Source: Amoebophrya sp. A120 (lineage: Eukaryota; Protista; Dinoflagellata). Taken from it: a stretch of 64,000 nt of DNA. The stretch is taken from NCBI GenBank assembly GCA_905178155.1, contig CAJINV010000009.1, positions 744,001-808,000 of the forward strand, in the 5' to 3' direction. Shown here one piece after another: positions 42,959 to 56,999 of this stretch. Position numbers and translations under genes: made by a program. Within the stretch, counting starts at the first letter, position 1. Each line of letters begins with the position of its first letter. Below the pieces are notes generated by a model, which saw nothing but the letters and a program-made list of their open reading frames with translations, did not search any database and was not told where the DNA came from.

Positions 42959-45187
42959 ATGATCTCCTCCTCCGACAAGTCTCGTTCTCCTTCACCGTCT
43001 GTTCTTCGGCGTCTACCTCCCGCTCAACAGCTCCGTCCCTCAACTCGTTCACGACATATGAGGTGGAAAGCAGCTGCCTTCCCTGTGTGTAGTTGTGTAC
43101 TCCATTTGTGGCAGCTTCCAGGACAACTACTACCGGAATCATGCCCGTTCTCTTCAGTCATGATCCACGCACGAGTGGTCGACCAGCGCCAGGGTGCTGG
43201 GGACGACCCTTCCGTGGTCTCTGGCCGCACCTCTGGTTCATCTGGGTTCTCACCGGAAGTTGATGCGCGAAGAGCAGACGGTGGTCATGACAATAACTTT
43301 GACTTATCCGCACAAGGAGTTGATGATGAAGAGGACGAAGAACCGGGGGAGGAGGCATACGAGTCACCAGTGACGAGACGAGCAGACGGTGCCTCCAGTG
43401 ATGTTGAACAAAAACGCACCAAAAGCGTGAACGCGCTCCCCCTCCACGGCGAGGAGGAGCCCCGCTTTGGTAGGCCATCGTCCTTCGGGTCCGACTTTAT
43501 TCCCTGAAAATTACCCATCCACATCCATTTTTTGCATGACAAACACATGATTTTATACGTGTTTTGCATGACAAATTGGATGTGGATGGGTTTTTTTGTT
43601 TGGATAGACTTCGTCAAGGTCCTCGAAGTGAAACCGGAGGGGTTCGCGAGTAACCCGTTGTCCGGCGACGAGGGGGTAGATGAAAGCAAACCTGCCGAAT
43701 CCGCGCTGCAGGAGGCTGGGGAAGGTGAAGAGGCTGAGGAAAAAACTAAAGAAGTGCAGGTCAAGCGCCGGCCGTCAGAAGAACGTGAACCGGCAGACGA
43801 CCTTTCAGGTGCGAGCAATTTTTCCGGCTCTGCGTCTTCATCTTTGAGACGGCCAACATCCGCATCTACCTCGCTAGTTGCATCGCCGTGGTCCTTCTGG
43901 AAGAAGTTGGGACTGATGTTCTACGCGAGAAACGGCCGGTTTGACATATCGCGACCGGCAGAATTTCTCCGCTCAGACACGCTGCGGGTGTACCCGAAGC
44001 CCGGCGAAGATCTACTCGCGTGTCAGTGTGTTTTGCTTGACTACGTTAATTCGGCCGAGTCATCAGAATCATCGCCCCGGCTTGCAGGGCAAAACAAATC
44101 GGACGAGGAAGTAGATACCTCCGCAACTAGTACAACAATGTTGACACCAGCTATTATTGCTAACAGTACGTCGCAGAGAGTGGAAGACGAAGAAGTAGCG
44201 GACCGCGTCGCCGCACAACAAAATATGACCGCCATCGCTCCAGCAAATAACAACAGTAAACACAACATCACTTTTCCACCCTGCTGGGCGAGGCCGCTAC
44301 TAGATCTGATGGTCCTGCCCGGCCGCTTGGCGTATAGCGGCGAGCGCTATTATGTGCCTTGGAACTCTCGCGCCGCGTATCGGTTGCTGATGACGAAAAA
44401 TCCCGCAATGCGGAGATGGTTGCTGAATCGGAACGAGGCGGTTCAAAAATCGAAGAGCAGCCGCACTTGGTGGGATCATGTGCGAGACTGGCTGCCTTTT
44501 CTTCCTTCGCTTCACTCTCAAAACGACTGGGACAAGGACGCGACGGAAAGACGTGCGCTTGATGCCAGCATCTTCGATACGGTGTACGAAGATTTATTGA
44601 CTCCGCTCGATGCGCATGAAGACCTGCATAAGCGCAGCCCGATCATTCGGAAGAGAGGCGACAACTTTCAGTCCTTTTTTGAAGATCCGTACCTACAGCC
44701 AATAGTCGAAAATGTCGCCGCGCGGCAGGAAGTGGATATGGCCACGAATGCGGTCTTCTACGGTCAACCGGCAGAGATGAATAGGTTGGTCGAAGTTCTA
44801 GTCCAGGAGCCGCTGCGTCACCGTTCGCTAGAGGACGACTGGCGCCGCGAGGTAGAGACTTCTATCCCAGAGGACAAGTACGCCTGCTATGTAGTGCCCA
44901 ACTATTACCCGAGAACTTGCCAGGCGATGTGCGATGCGACATTTGCAGACCAACGCGCACGGACCTTGAGTACGACCGATCTAGAAGAGCTACGCTTTAA
45001 GCCGGACGTACTGGTGGACCTACTCGTGGCGAACGGCACTGACAACAAGGATAAGGACGAGGTCGAGGCTCAGCACAAGCTTCTTGTCGCTGCTACACAC
45101 CTAATCACTTACGCGCTCGTGCGCTACAGGGAAACAGGGCCCCGGTCGGTTGAGAAAATAAACTTTATTGAAGACGAAGGACGTTGA
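42959..45187 (+). CDS. Hypothetical protein, two exons (start uncertain: ATG 42959 or 43058), possibly secreted
   Basis: ORFs 42845..43507 and 43532..45187 join in frame (GSDF|VKVLE) after removing introner 43498-43606; no family recognised. Confidence 0.7.
43498..43606. mobile_element. Introner element, family F4 (109-bp form)
   Basis: Direct repeat GACTT; reverse complement is near-identical to 63802-63910 over ~85 nt. Confidence 0.92.
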
Positions 45188-46200
45188 TGACATAAGTCTT
45201 CCCTTCGAATCCGATCACTATCGAAAACTAAATTTGCGAAAGAATCTAGCAGAAGCGCAGCTGCATCTACTGCCCTATCCCTCAATCATGATGTGCTAAC
45301 TGACAATCGTGTGTCAGTGACACACGAACAACGTCCCCAAAGCCCTAGCAGACCTCCCCTGCAATGCTAGCAAAGCAACATAATTATTGATGATGATAAT
45401 TATGATGATGATGCTCAACTTGAAAGAAGCTCGCTCACGAGCAACGCGTCACTTCTGTGAGCTCTTCATCGCAAGTGGTAACTTACAACCTTGGAAGTGG
45501 TTCCGTTTCGTTTTCTCCGCTTCGTCGATCCAAAAAGACAGGCTCGGCATCACAAATTCACGTAGCTCGCTCCGGCTACAGCGATCTAAGTACTCAGGTT
45601 GCGATTTTGATTTTTCATCTGAACTCCACCGTGTGATGATTGCAGTATCAGTTTCAGTAGTGCATAATCTGTGAAAGATAGAGATGCACTTTGAACAGGC
45701 TGCGAGCGCTCCATTATTCACAGTCCTGAAAGAGAAAGCAGTTGTCTCATGTTGGTGCTGCGAGGCTATTAAGGGTAGTAGACGTAGAGAGAGACAGACG
45801 GCAAGGGAAGCCCTGTTATTCAAAAAGTTTTTGCCCGAAGGAATAAGTAGCTAGCAGTGTATCCACCTGCCCTATGATTACCGACCACTCATATGTGGAT
45901 AGTTTGTTTCTGGTATTTCTATAAATAAATCGCCCACAGTATACTAGGTTTAGATTATACAACTCACAAAAAGTGTCTTTTAGCCTTAGCTTATAGTTAT
46001 AATATCCAAGGATGAAGTTGAACGCAAGCTGCATGTTGCAGTTCTTGCTCTTTACACAGTACAAATCGACGTTTCTTTGTCGGGAGGTGGCTGTGTCACT
46101 TCCGTTGCTCCTCCTGTTGGTGCTGTTCTACGAATTCGGGGGGACAACTGCTATTGGAGCATCCACGACCAGTATTTACGGTGAGCTACCGGCGTTTAAC

Positions 46201-47752
46201 ATGAACGAGCAGGTTCACCGTGCCGCGATCATCTGGCCTCAGACGAAGAAGCAAGTGAGGAAGTTTTCTGATATCGCCATCGCACCCGCCATATGCATTG
46301 CAAAAGTATCGTAATCGTACTAGTATAAATCGCATGACAGGTTTTCAAGAAGTAGAAAATTGGAATTTGTAATGCAGAGTCAGGTAGAGAACCATTTGTC
46401 ATGCATACCTGCAATTCATACGTTGCGAGTGCGATACTTTTGCAATGGATACGCCAACGTGGAGGACGACGAGGAGTCGGAGAGGTCGTACTCTCAGAAG
46501 CTTCTGGGGTTCAAAGATCCGGATCTCCTCTGCGGGATCACATCGGAGAGGCAAGCGCAGGCGGACTTTTGTTTCTGGTTCGACCGTGAGATGTACACAG
46601 AAAAAGAACAAACCTCGGACGAACAAATCTTAAACCAATGGGAGGACGAAGAAGATGAAGACAGGAAAAAAAAAAGAAAAGCACATGACAAGAAGAACGG
46701 AAACAAGAAAGTGAAAGGAAGAAAAGCGGAGAAAAGAAACGGGAAAACCAAAGTTGCGCAAAACCCTGTGGATGACACACCGGACCGGAACTACGTCGCG
46801 GAAGCCATGGCTGCTCGGTTGCCGTGGTCCGAGAAGAAGAAAGCGAGCGTGCCGCACGATATGATCATCCACGGGCCCGTGTTGCTCGTCTTCAGTCCAA
46901 CGATGCAAACCAATGGGATGGGACAGTTTGTTGACGATATGGTTGACGACGGCGAGTTCGGTTATCTGGGGATCGAAGAAGCCTGGAACAAAGGGCAACC
47001 AGTTGAGCAGCTGCGGAATGAGCAAAAACCAAAAACCACTTCTCCGCGTGACAGAAGGTGGAGCTTGCGCCAGCTGCAGCAGCGGGTTGCGTACTTTCAC
47101 ATGACCTTCGCTTCGGAAGACCAGTTATCCTGTTGCGCAAAAGCATCCCACTAAGAGCAATTAGCAATGATGAACTCTGTATTATACAGATTAGCCTAGC
47201 AGTAGCATGACAGCAGATGCAATGATTTGTATAGATCTATAAAAATTCTGCTTTAATACTTTTAGCAAGAAGGCAAAAATTCAATATTGCTATGCAGCAT
47301 ATCTTCTGCATCAAGTACGATACTTCTGCAATTCATACCTGTACGAGGAGAACCGGGATCCCAGAACGCGCCACCTCACCGAAGAAGAAGTAAAACTGAT
47401 AACGGATATGGACAGCTGGGACACAATACCCCCCAATCTTATGGAAAAACTTAAAATGAAGCTGGAACAAAACCTCACCCCTGAGGGCATGGAAGAGCTT
47501 GAGAAGGAAAAGAAGAAGGCACAAAAGCAAAAAGACGGAAAGAACAGTGGTGGCACAGGCCCAGTGAACAAGGCGGAGCGAAGTACTATGGATAATTCTA
47601 GGTCCGTTGATAGTCCTCCGGGGCCTAGTAAAATGTTTCGTGGGGATCGTGTGAAGACGAAGCACGCAAAGACCAAGAAAAGATCTTCGAAGAATGTGAA
47701 AGCAAGAGGTGGTGGTGGCGGCGCTACTGCGAACATGAAAAGTGAGCTGTGA
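46201..47752 (+). CDS. Hypothetical protein, three exons, Lys-rich tracts
   Basis: MNEQVH... frame continuous after removing introners 46292-46451 and 47126-47337; start uncertain. Confidence 0.7.
46292..46451. mobile_element. Introner element, family F1
   Basis: Direct repeat CGCCA; TIR TATG.ATTGCAAAAGTATCG. Confidence 0.92.
47126..47337. mobile_element. Degenerate introner element, family F1
   Basis: TATCCTG..GCAAAAG left end, GTACGATACTTCTGCAATTCATA right end; direct repeat CCAGT/CCTGT. Confidence 0.8.
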
Positions 47753-48552
47753 CATTCAGTTTTTAACTACAGCCGTCTCATCCAAAAGGAGTTCAGCGAA
47801 CGAAGCGGCAAGACATCTTTCAACCACTTGATGTGCGAGTCTCCCTTTCGGTCCTCTGCGTGTCTGCGTGATCGTGTTCAACAGCTCTTGCAGCTTTTTC
47901 CAAAATAGAAGATTTCGATACGCTGCTTCTGGTGCATTTTCTGATTTTTCTAATAAAGGGTAGCGAAGAAAGAAATTGCCGAGAGAACATTTTTAAAAAA
48001 TGGATACTGAAAAGAAGCATGAAGAAACTTGAGATGCAGGCGTAAGTGGAAGTGCTTGTTGCAACATTCAATTTATGTAGAATCAGTAGAAGGGAGCTCG
48101 GCTGAGCGTGGTACTGGAATTTTGACGACAAAGGGGCGCGTAACGTCCTGCCATCATGATGGACCTTGTGAGCGGGGTGAGGGCCGCGGGGCGGGGGCTC
48201 TCGCTGTACTTATTAATTTGAATCACGCAGGCATCAGCGTCATCGTCGTCATCCTCTAAGGCAGCTTCTGTCTCTTTTCAGCAGACATCGCAACTTGTTG
48301 TACCTAAGCGAGTCGTAAATGCTCAATAAAGTCGAAGATGTTTCCACATTCGCGATTCTTCCGACGTCCTGGCGATTGTGTTGGTCCACTTCGGCCAGGA
48401 TTGGTAGTGCACTTTGATGTTCTGAAGAGCTACGCTAGTGGTGTGACGTAATTCAACTTGCAGGAGAAGGAGAACTCGGAAGAACAGGATCACGGCATAG
48501 GTGGTTCCGTGGCAACAACCCACCCGGAACTGTTCACCGCTGGTGGATCAGC

Positions 48553-51500
48553 ATGCCGGCATTGGTGGAAAGGGGCCGAAACATGCACGCGTCGCACCGC
48601 GGCGGCTCCGATCATCCCGATCTTGATCTAGTGGACTACAACATGACGGTGACGAATTACCATTCAGATCACCAACATCCAGAGGAAAATGCCGAACGGC
48701 GTCACCAGGATTTGGATCATGTTGACGGTCAACATGAAGAGCTGATGGCCACCTTTGACGCCACCGAGGACAGGACACAGTTCAGGCGCAACAAGAAGAA
48801 TTCGAGACGGGCAACGAGATCACCCTCTGGACCCAAGAAGAGGAATACAATTTTGAAGATTTCTGACTGCAATATCTTCGAGGGCGACTTCATTGCGTTT
48901 TGCCACGTGTTTGCCGCAGGGGTTACGCTTGTCATGGCCCGCGTTACCCCCGGAGCTTGTTTGCTGGAGGAACTCGGCTTCACGCTGGCGGAGCTGGCCC
49001 ATTGCGATGCTCTGTTTTGGTCCGGCTTTGTCATTATCAAATGTAAAAATGTCTGGGTCTGGAAGAATGCAAGATTTGTGATGCAGGTTTTCCATGACCC
49101 ATGAGGTCTGGAATGCGAGACCCAGCATGACAGATTTTTTGAGGTCTCTATCAATATCATGCCTTTCCTGCATGAGAAACTCCCTCTCAACTTGGTCAAA
49201 AGCGGACAGCTTTTGGTACTCACGCAACACAGATTTTTGTATTTTTGTATCCTTCGGATTTAGCATGACAAGTTCCAATCTTCCAGACCCAGACATTTTT
49301 ACATTTGATAGTCATCACGCAGATCGTCCTCTTCGCGCCCTTCTTGGACCTATTTCGCCCGAACAGCGACGAGAATGACCGAGATGAGGAGGAATTCTTC
49401 AGCATAAAGCGAGATTTTGGCAGCGGCTCTTCCGAGAGGACAAAAAATGGTTCGCAGCAGGAAGTGAATAGCCACGGGTATCACGATGTTGAAGACGAAG
49501 AAGAAGCACAGGAAGAAGATGAAAAGCAAATTTTTACTCGCCCTCCGTACAAATACAACGACCACTTCGCTGCAGCTGGAACTTCTGTTTCCCAGCATCA
49601 TCAAGGAGGCTCAGGCTTCGTCGACGACGCTGATCGAATGCAGCTTCTCGACCGAGACTGCTATAATGCCTCTGCACTCGTTCGAGGACCCGCGCGTTCG
49701 GAAAAACTTTCTTCCGAGAGCAGCAGAGGACGAGGCGAGAAAAGTGCAAGGGCAAGCGAAGTCGACAGGTTGATCCCTGTTGCGACCGCCGCGTATTCAC
49801 CGTGTGGTCTGACTAAGACCCACATGACCCTTTCCGCGAGGAACTCGAAATTGGTGACGTCCAAGACGGCAATAACGCCAGGCGGCCTGCCGGACGGTCA
49901 TCCCGAGAAAGGCGGCCCGGAAGTTGTGCGACTTCAGGGTCATCAGAGGCAGCGAAGCGCCGCTCCTCGCTCGACGGCGCAGCACATCGGGAAGGCCATT
50001 TTTCGCAGATTTGTGCCGACCAGCTTCCGCAACTGGCTACAGCTGCCGACAGCCATGCCAACAAGTTTGCAGGTGGTCTACAAGAACGAGAAGAAAAAGA
50101 AAAATCAGAGTACCACGAGGACCAGTCAAGTGGGCGAAAGTGATTCTCCTGGTGGAACAAGTCATGATCTGCAATTATTCGGCGGGATTCGGAAAAAGCA
50201 AATCGACGTTTTTCAAAAACCTAAGCAAGCGCTCCTGGCCGCGCTGCTGCTCTGCGCGATCGTGCAGTTCTCGTTTCCCTCCTTGGCCACCTCGAAGGCC
50301 CTGATGCTCCTGCAAACAATCCACGGGGTGGCGCAGGGCCTCGCCTGTGCTGCTTGTGCGCAGACCTTCCGCAAAGTGGTGTACTCACCTAACCAATCCA
50401 CGCTGCTTCTCTGGGTCGCCTGGGGCACGACCAGCTTGGGACTCGGAAAATTTTGCGGACCGCTGGTCACGGAGTGCAGTCTGGCGCTCGCGGCGCGGGC
50501 CCCGCCGGTTTCCACGATCATGCTGGAACTACAAAAAGTCAACCGCTTCGCCGGCATGAGCACGAGTGGCAGCACGCCTTCTTCCGGTTTGGAGCATGCT
50601 GCGGGAACTGCAGCGCCAAGGTGGAGCAGTGCTAGTGGAACAAGATCTTTGTCGCGAACTGTTTCCTATTTGCAACTCTTCGGTGATGACGACGACGCTA
50701 CTGTCAAAGAGAAGGAAGCGAGCCGATTTTTTTTCGGCCTCAGCCCGTCACTTCCTGCCATCCACGACGACGGAAGTTCGTATATTCCCTTGTGGCCGCT
50801 GGTGCAGCCGCCGTCCACAAGAACAAAGTCCCAGCAGGGCAAGGGAATGGAGGCAGAGGATAAAAAACAGCAAATCACCAAAAAGAAAAACCAGAAGACC
50901 AATGATCGCGAGGAAGCAGAGCTGGAAAAAACGTCTGCCAATAAACTTTCATTTCTGCAAGACGATGAAAAAGCTGCTGCGCCTCCTCCTGGTGAAAGTG
51001 AAGAATCTACAACATCGCGAGGAGCTGAAAGACCAAAAAAACAGGTGAAGCAAGGAGCAGGAAGCAGACAGAGGACTTCGAGTTTTAGTTCCGAAGCCCA
51101 ACACAGAAAGAAAATGAAAAGAACGGCACATCGTCATGAAGATGTTGATGAGATCAATAGGTCCGCACTATTCAGTGTTTCATCGAAAGATCATCTTCTG
51201 ACAGCAGCGTCTACCGACGGTCCACAGGCACAGCCCGAGTCCGAGACGGCGGTCATCCTCGGCGAACTCGGAAAGCGAAAGAATGAAAGAACACAGAAAA
51301 TAGACGGAAAGGAGGAGAAGGAAGAAAAAGAATCGGAGGAACAAGGGGCTGCTGCTCGTCCAGAACCAGAGAACAAAAAGAAGAAAATCGATTTCTTTGA
51401 TAGTCGAATTTGGGCCGACTGGGACTGGTCCCGGGTGCTGTTTCACGATCCACACGTCAAAATGGACGATGAGGAGCCACACACGGCGTCGTCCGGCGGA

Positions 51501-54500
51501 GATGCAGCGGATCGCGACAGCAACAAAGCACCGAAAGACCCACGGCAGTTGGTGTCGCAATCGTGGCGGAGGTGGAAGCGAATGAATGGCAGGGAGATGA
51601 AAAGGCACGAGAGCGAACGGGAACTGGTCGAAAAGCAACAAATAAGTGAGCTAGAAGCGATCACGACAGCATCAGCAAGTGAGGCGTCAAAAGCAAAAGT
51701 AGAACAGGAAAAAGATGCAAAGTCTGATTTGGACGGTGCGGGCACCGATACAGCAGATGCAGAAGGAACACAGGACGACGAAAATAAATCTACGGAGGAT
51801 TTGATTCGATCCCTCCTGCGGTCCCACTCGACGCAGATTGAGGAGGCGCACGAGAAACTTGAAGAAGAGGAAGAGGAGGAGGCAATTCTGGACGACATCC
51901 GGAATTTGCTCCGCGAGCGACGACGGGAAAAGGAAAAAATGCGCTACGCGGAGGATGGCGCGACTTCGGTTTCTTCGGAAACATCCTCAGCGCCCGCTGT
52001 TGAAAAAGCTGGTAAAAGGAGGCTATCCACTCAGTTCCAGGAAGAGGAACGGGAGCTCATCGAGGCGCTGTCCAAACGAATCGCGAAAAGCTCCTCCGAA
52101 GGCGCAGCTACACACACGGAAGAGCAAGAAGCTGGAGAAGTGGAAGCTGCTGGACGAGGTGAGCGAGAAGATGGCGGACACAAGCCCTCGGCATCACCGA
52201 CACCAGGAAAAGGACACTACACTGGACGGAGCAAGACAAAGAGTGCAACTGAGCGTGAATCTGAAAAGCATTCTGGCGGAATCTCCTGGGATCCGAAGTA
52301 CAACAAAAGGGAGCACCAGCATCAACATGACGGCCACAAAAAATCTCACTCGCACAATCTCGGCAGCGGCAGCAGCAGCAGCTCTATCGGCATCTACAAG
52401 CATCGAAGTACTAGCACATCGACCACAAAAGCCTTAGGCGACGACGAGGGCGCAACCAGTAAAAGCACAAGCTCGGACCTCCATACAATTACAAATGACG
52501 CAAAGGGAAAAGATGACAAGAACGCGGAAGGACAAAGAGCTACTTCTTCAAATCCGGACGACGCGGCCGCAGAGGAGAAAAGTGAAAGGGACCCGGAGTA
52601 CGAGGACAAATTCGCTTTTGGTGCGGCTTCGCCAGCGGACATGTTCCAGTTCCACGCACCGTTTGTGTCGCACGGCATCATCTTCCTGATTCAGGCCTTC
52701 CTTGTTTTTTGCACCTTATCTGTGCCGCAGAAGTCAAAGCTAGAAAGAGCCCAGGATGAAATTCTGGCGCAGAAGGAGCGGAAAGCAAGGATTCAAAATG
52801 GTATGTTCTCCTCTCATCGCCATCGCCGGCGTCCGGACGTCGAGGGTGCGTCCAGAACTACAAGCAGGCTTAGAAATGGAAACGTTTCCAGAAACACAGG
52901 GTCCTGTCGTGGAAGTGGTGTACGTGGAGGGTCTTCATCCACTTCCTCATCTTCCAGTTGTGCGAATCCGTCCTCATCTTCGTCGGCCGAAAGTGAAGCC
53001 CAGGATCAGGCCCATCTCCAGCATCAGGAAGAGGAACTGGTTAGTTTTTATTCCGATCGCGAGTTCGAGAGCGTTGAGGACCTCGAGGACGAAGATATCT
53101 CGCCGATCATGTTCGTGCAGGACCACGATTTAGACCATTGTATCCACGGCTCCTCCAAAAATGCGGCTTTAGAAGAACCAACGCAGCAAGCGGGAAGAGC
53201 AGGCGTGCAGCCAGGGTATTATCCGGGAAGTGTGGACCGGTTGCAGCAGGGCAGCAGCTTTTTCCAAACTTACACGCGACCCGACGAAGGCGGGCCTCAA
53301 AGCAGGGGGCATGGGGCCGCTGTAGCGGCAAGCGTTCGCATTCTCGCGCGAGGTAAAGGCACCACCAGCCGGCGTCCTGCACAAGAACGTCCGGCGCAGC
53401 CTGATCCTGCTGCGGCGCAACACTGGGGCACGTATTACGAGAATGAGGATCAAGAAACCAGCATGTCCGCGGTTTCAGTGTCAGACGTGGAGTATGAGGA
53501 TCGGCGCGGTGGGGTCGAGCACCTTGATGTTTCAAATCACGGACCAGTGCTGCGACGAGATAACGACAACGACAGCACTCAACCTCGAGAAGAAAGCCCC
53601 ATTGTCGTGAAGGTACTTTACAGCACTCTTACTCATTTATTGCGCGCTGGTGCGGCATGACTTTAATGTATTCAGTTTCGTCATCAATTTTAGTAGTTAG
53701 ACCTTAAAAAAATTTTGGAAAATCACGGTCTCATTATCAACATCGATCTTCCAACGCGTCAAAATAAACAAATTGCAGGTTGTTGGTGGCGTTATCCGCG
53801 TCACTTCCAACGCCGATCCGGAAGAGCCGCGCTCTCGTCTCATGGAGGACCACTCGCAAATAAGCAACTTTGAGAACAAATCCTCCAACCTGGACGGACG
53901 ACCCGGCTCGTCCGGCAATTCGGCCACCAGCATACACTTACCGGATAACGATCCAGCGGAAGTAGAGGAGATACAGTACGAAGGAACCAAAGAACCACGA
54001 CGGGCGGTGGGGGAGCAGCTAGTAGAAGAAGGGGTGTCCTCTTCTCAGCGACGAGAGGACCACGACAGCAACATGATGATCTCTTCCAGTCTTCAAGCGC
54101 TGCAAACGGCGCTCCAGCAAGACCGGTCGCACAGAAAAGAGCGCCTGGCGTCGCTGACGTCGAACAGCGATCACGATGCCGGTCGTCAAAGTAGCAGAAG
54201 AGGCCGGCGTCAACATGATGGTTCTGCTGGTCACCGCGGACGAGGAGGTGTGCTGTCGCATGGTCCAAGCGCCGACAACTCGTCGAAAAATTCAGAGGAG
54301 ATGAATTCGACGGGCGGCACAAGCAGTCTCGAGCCGTCTAGTATCGTCAACACCGCGAGGGATCATAATTTCTACAGCGCGTATGAAAGACAAGAGATTA
54401 GTACGACGACCTCGATGCGATCGTCTAAGGAAGTAAACCTGAATCCCTACAAGAATAGCAGCAGCAGTTCCACTCTGTACGTGGGCAACAATGACAAAAC

Positions 54501-56024
54501 CACTCGTGCAGCAGTACAAGCAGCCGGAAACCCCGGGGGCGTGGTCACGAACATTCTGAACTCTAGTCATACGGCTTGCCTGTCTGCTCCGCACTACGCA
54601 ATCGACACGCCGGGAGTCGCCAGTCGGGATGTCAGAGACCAAGCCGAGGATCTTCTGACCAGGAGCGGTGCCACGGCCTGGTATTTGACGCAGAGTGGTA
54701 GTATTTTCTGAAAATTTTTCAACCATCCCCATCGAATTGGAATTTGTCAGGCAAAAGATGGAGTAAAGTTGGCTTTGTTTTGTCATGCAATGCTGGTTCC
54801 GCATCCTCGCCCACCCGACCCCCTGGGGAGAAGAGCCATTGCCTGTTGCGCTGGGTGCGAGTGCGGAGGGAGGTGTCCACTACATCATGATGACGGTGAT
54901 GCAAAAAGTGGATGTGGATGGTTAAAAATTTTCAGAGCATAAATAGCGGCAGCAGTTCAGCAGCGTCAACCGCTCGCGGAGGTAGTCATCTGTTGCAGCT
55001 GACGACAGGCGCATCACTTTACCACCCGCAGAGGGAAGTTGCAGGAAGACGCGGGAGTGGCTTGCTCGAGCACGAGCAGCGGCTGCGGCAGGATGATCTC
55101 CTACATCAAGCTGATGAAGTCGTAGATATGGAGGACATGCAACTTGTCCAAGTTGCTCGACATAACTTTCTCGGCGAAGGACAGGAAATGTTGGCCAGTA
55201 GCACGAATGCGCCTACCGCGGCGTCGCAAGAGACAACCTCGACGTCCACCTCCCGCAACATCCTCTCCGCCACTGGAATCAACCTCCTCGGACCGTTTTT
55301 CAGCTCGGTTTGCATTTTATGCGTCGCTATGTTGGAGGCGGCCTACGTGCTGTGGCTCACGTTTAGCTTTCCACGCGGCGTCGGAACCATGTTTCTCGCA
55401 TTGCACGGGCTTGGCGACGCCTCGAGCGGTCCCCTGATCGCACTGCTCATCGTCTCCAGTACGACGGCAGACGCAGAGACAAGGAGAGTAAGAACTTCAT
55501 CCGGTGAAAGAACAACGACAACGAGGACCTCCTCTCATGCAGGAGCCCTTCTATCCAACGGAATGATTGACAACCGTGCCACGACAGCCGCCAACAGCTT
55601 CAACTCCCGAACAGTCAGTCGCGTTGTGACGACCCGATTCGACCTGCGCTTGGCCGTGTGGGTGTTGTGCTTCGGATTAGCTTGCATCTTCGTGTTCCTC
55701 CTCCGCATAGAACAGAACCCAATTGACACGTATTGTCAGCTGCTCACCGCAGTTTCGGTCTATTTCCTCGGCGTTCTGATGGCGAGCATTCGGGCGCTGT
55801 TCGGCGGCTTTATCCTGCTCACCTGCAACGTGGAAACCGCAAGACTGCAAATCCCGTTTTTTTGGTGCAGCGGCCACTTTCTGTGCAACTTCATCACCCC
55901 CGTTATTGGGGTCGGTTTGCCGTTGAGCCAATTTTTAGCCTACTTCGCGATTGTGTTGTCTTGCGTCGTCACCCTCGTACTCAGCGGCGAAAAGACCGTT
56001 CGAGGATTCGTCAGGTCACCGTGA
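48553..56024 (+). CDS. MFS-like multi-pass membrane transporter with very large low-complexity loops
   Basis: About 12 hydrophobic segments in a 6+6 arrangement (e.g. LLQTIHGVAQGLACAA, GLGKFCGPLV, GHFLCNFITPVIG). Joined through introners 49035 and 54702 and GT-AG intron 53613-53778. Start uncertain. Confidence 0.65.
49035..49310. mobile_element. Introner element, family F2
   Basis: Perfect ~32-bp TIR TATCAAATGTAAAAATGTCTGGGTCTGGAAGA; direct repeat GTCAT. Confidence 0.93.
54702..54941. mobile_element. Introner element, family F4 (degenerate)
   Basis: TAT..TCTGAAAATTTTT.AACCATCC.CATC TIR; direct repeat GGTAG/AATAG; frame restored on removal. Confidence 0.82.
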
Positions 56025-56999
56025 GGAGCAGGTACAACAAGTCGTGAGTGTTACTGTTCGTTTATAACGACGACCTTGAAACCTCCTGCCCAACACGAGC
56101 AGGACGGCAGTGAGAAAGTGAAAACAAAATAATTCTGAAATTAAGAACCTGAGATAGATCTTCAATATCGTGAAAGTCGGAAATATGCATGTCTATGAAG
56201 TTTCAGAATCCGATAAATTTACTAAAAATATGCACAATTTAGAGAAGTCAGTATAAATTCAACAGCCTTTTTTGTTCAAAAACAAATAGATAATGCCTCT
56301 GTATATTCCACGGATGTAGGATGAAATTTTTCTTACTTTTTTGTTTCTTTTTGATTTTGTAGCTGCACGAGTGTAGTGAAAATGTTGCTTAACGACGTAA
56401 AGAAAAAGACCGACGTAAAGAAATTTACCAGTGGCTTTTCCACCAGAATTAACCATGTAAAATGTAACGGAGCAGCCTGACTCAAAGTCAGAGCGGCCGC
56501 AGCAGGAGTGCCGTCGAAGTTCTATTCATAAAAATTAGCAATGACATCAATGTCAATGTTGTTGCTGCAGCACAACAATTACAATATCCTCGCGACGATA
56601 AGCCGGGCCCTGTTCGTTGATAGGCCAAAAAGGCCTTCTCGCTTGAATTTCTGTACAGAGCAGCCGCAAAAGTTCTGCAGTTCGTTATTGATGTCCCTCG
56701 GCGATTCATTTTGTGGCGGTGGTGTTGGCTGCGTTGTTTTGTAAAAAGATTTGGCTTTGAGTGTCGTGCGCGATAGATACAGAGAGGAAGACACAAGGAT
56801 GAAGCGACGATTAGGATTACGAGAGGGCAATGAACGCATTCTGCCGTCGTGCATTTTCTTCGTGGTTGCACGTTTTCGACAGTAAACCACCTCTGAGAGT
56901 CCAAGAAACCACAAAGCGCATCAAAGTTCTTGAAAGTTGTATGAGTAAAGTTTTAAGTTCTTGTGCGCTCGTGCATCAACATCGTACAAGAAAAAAATA

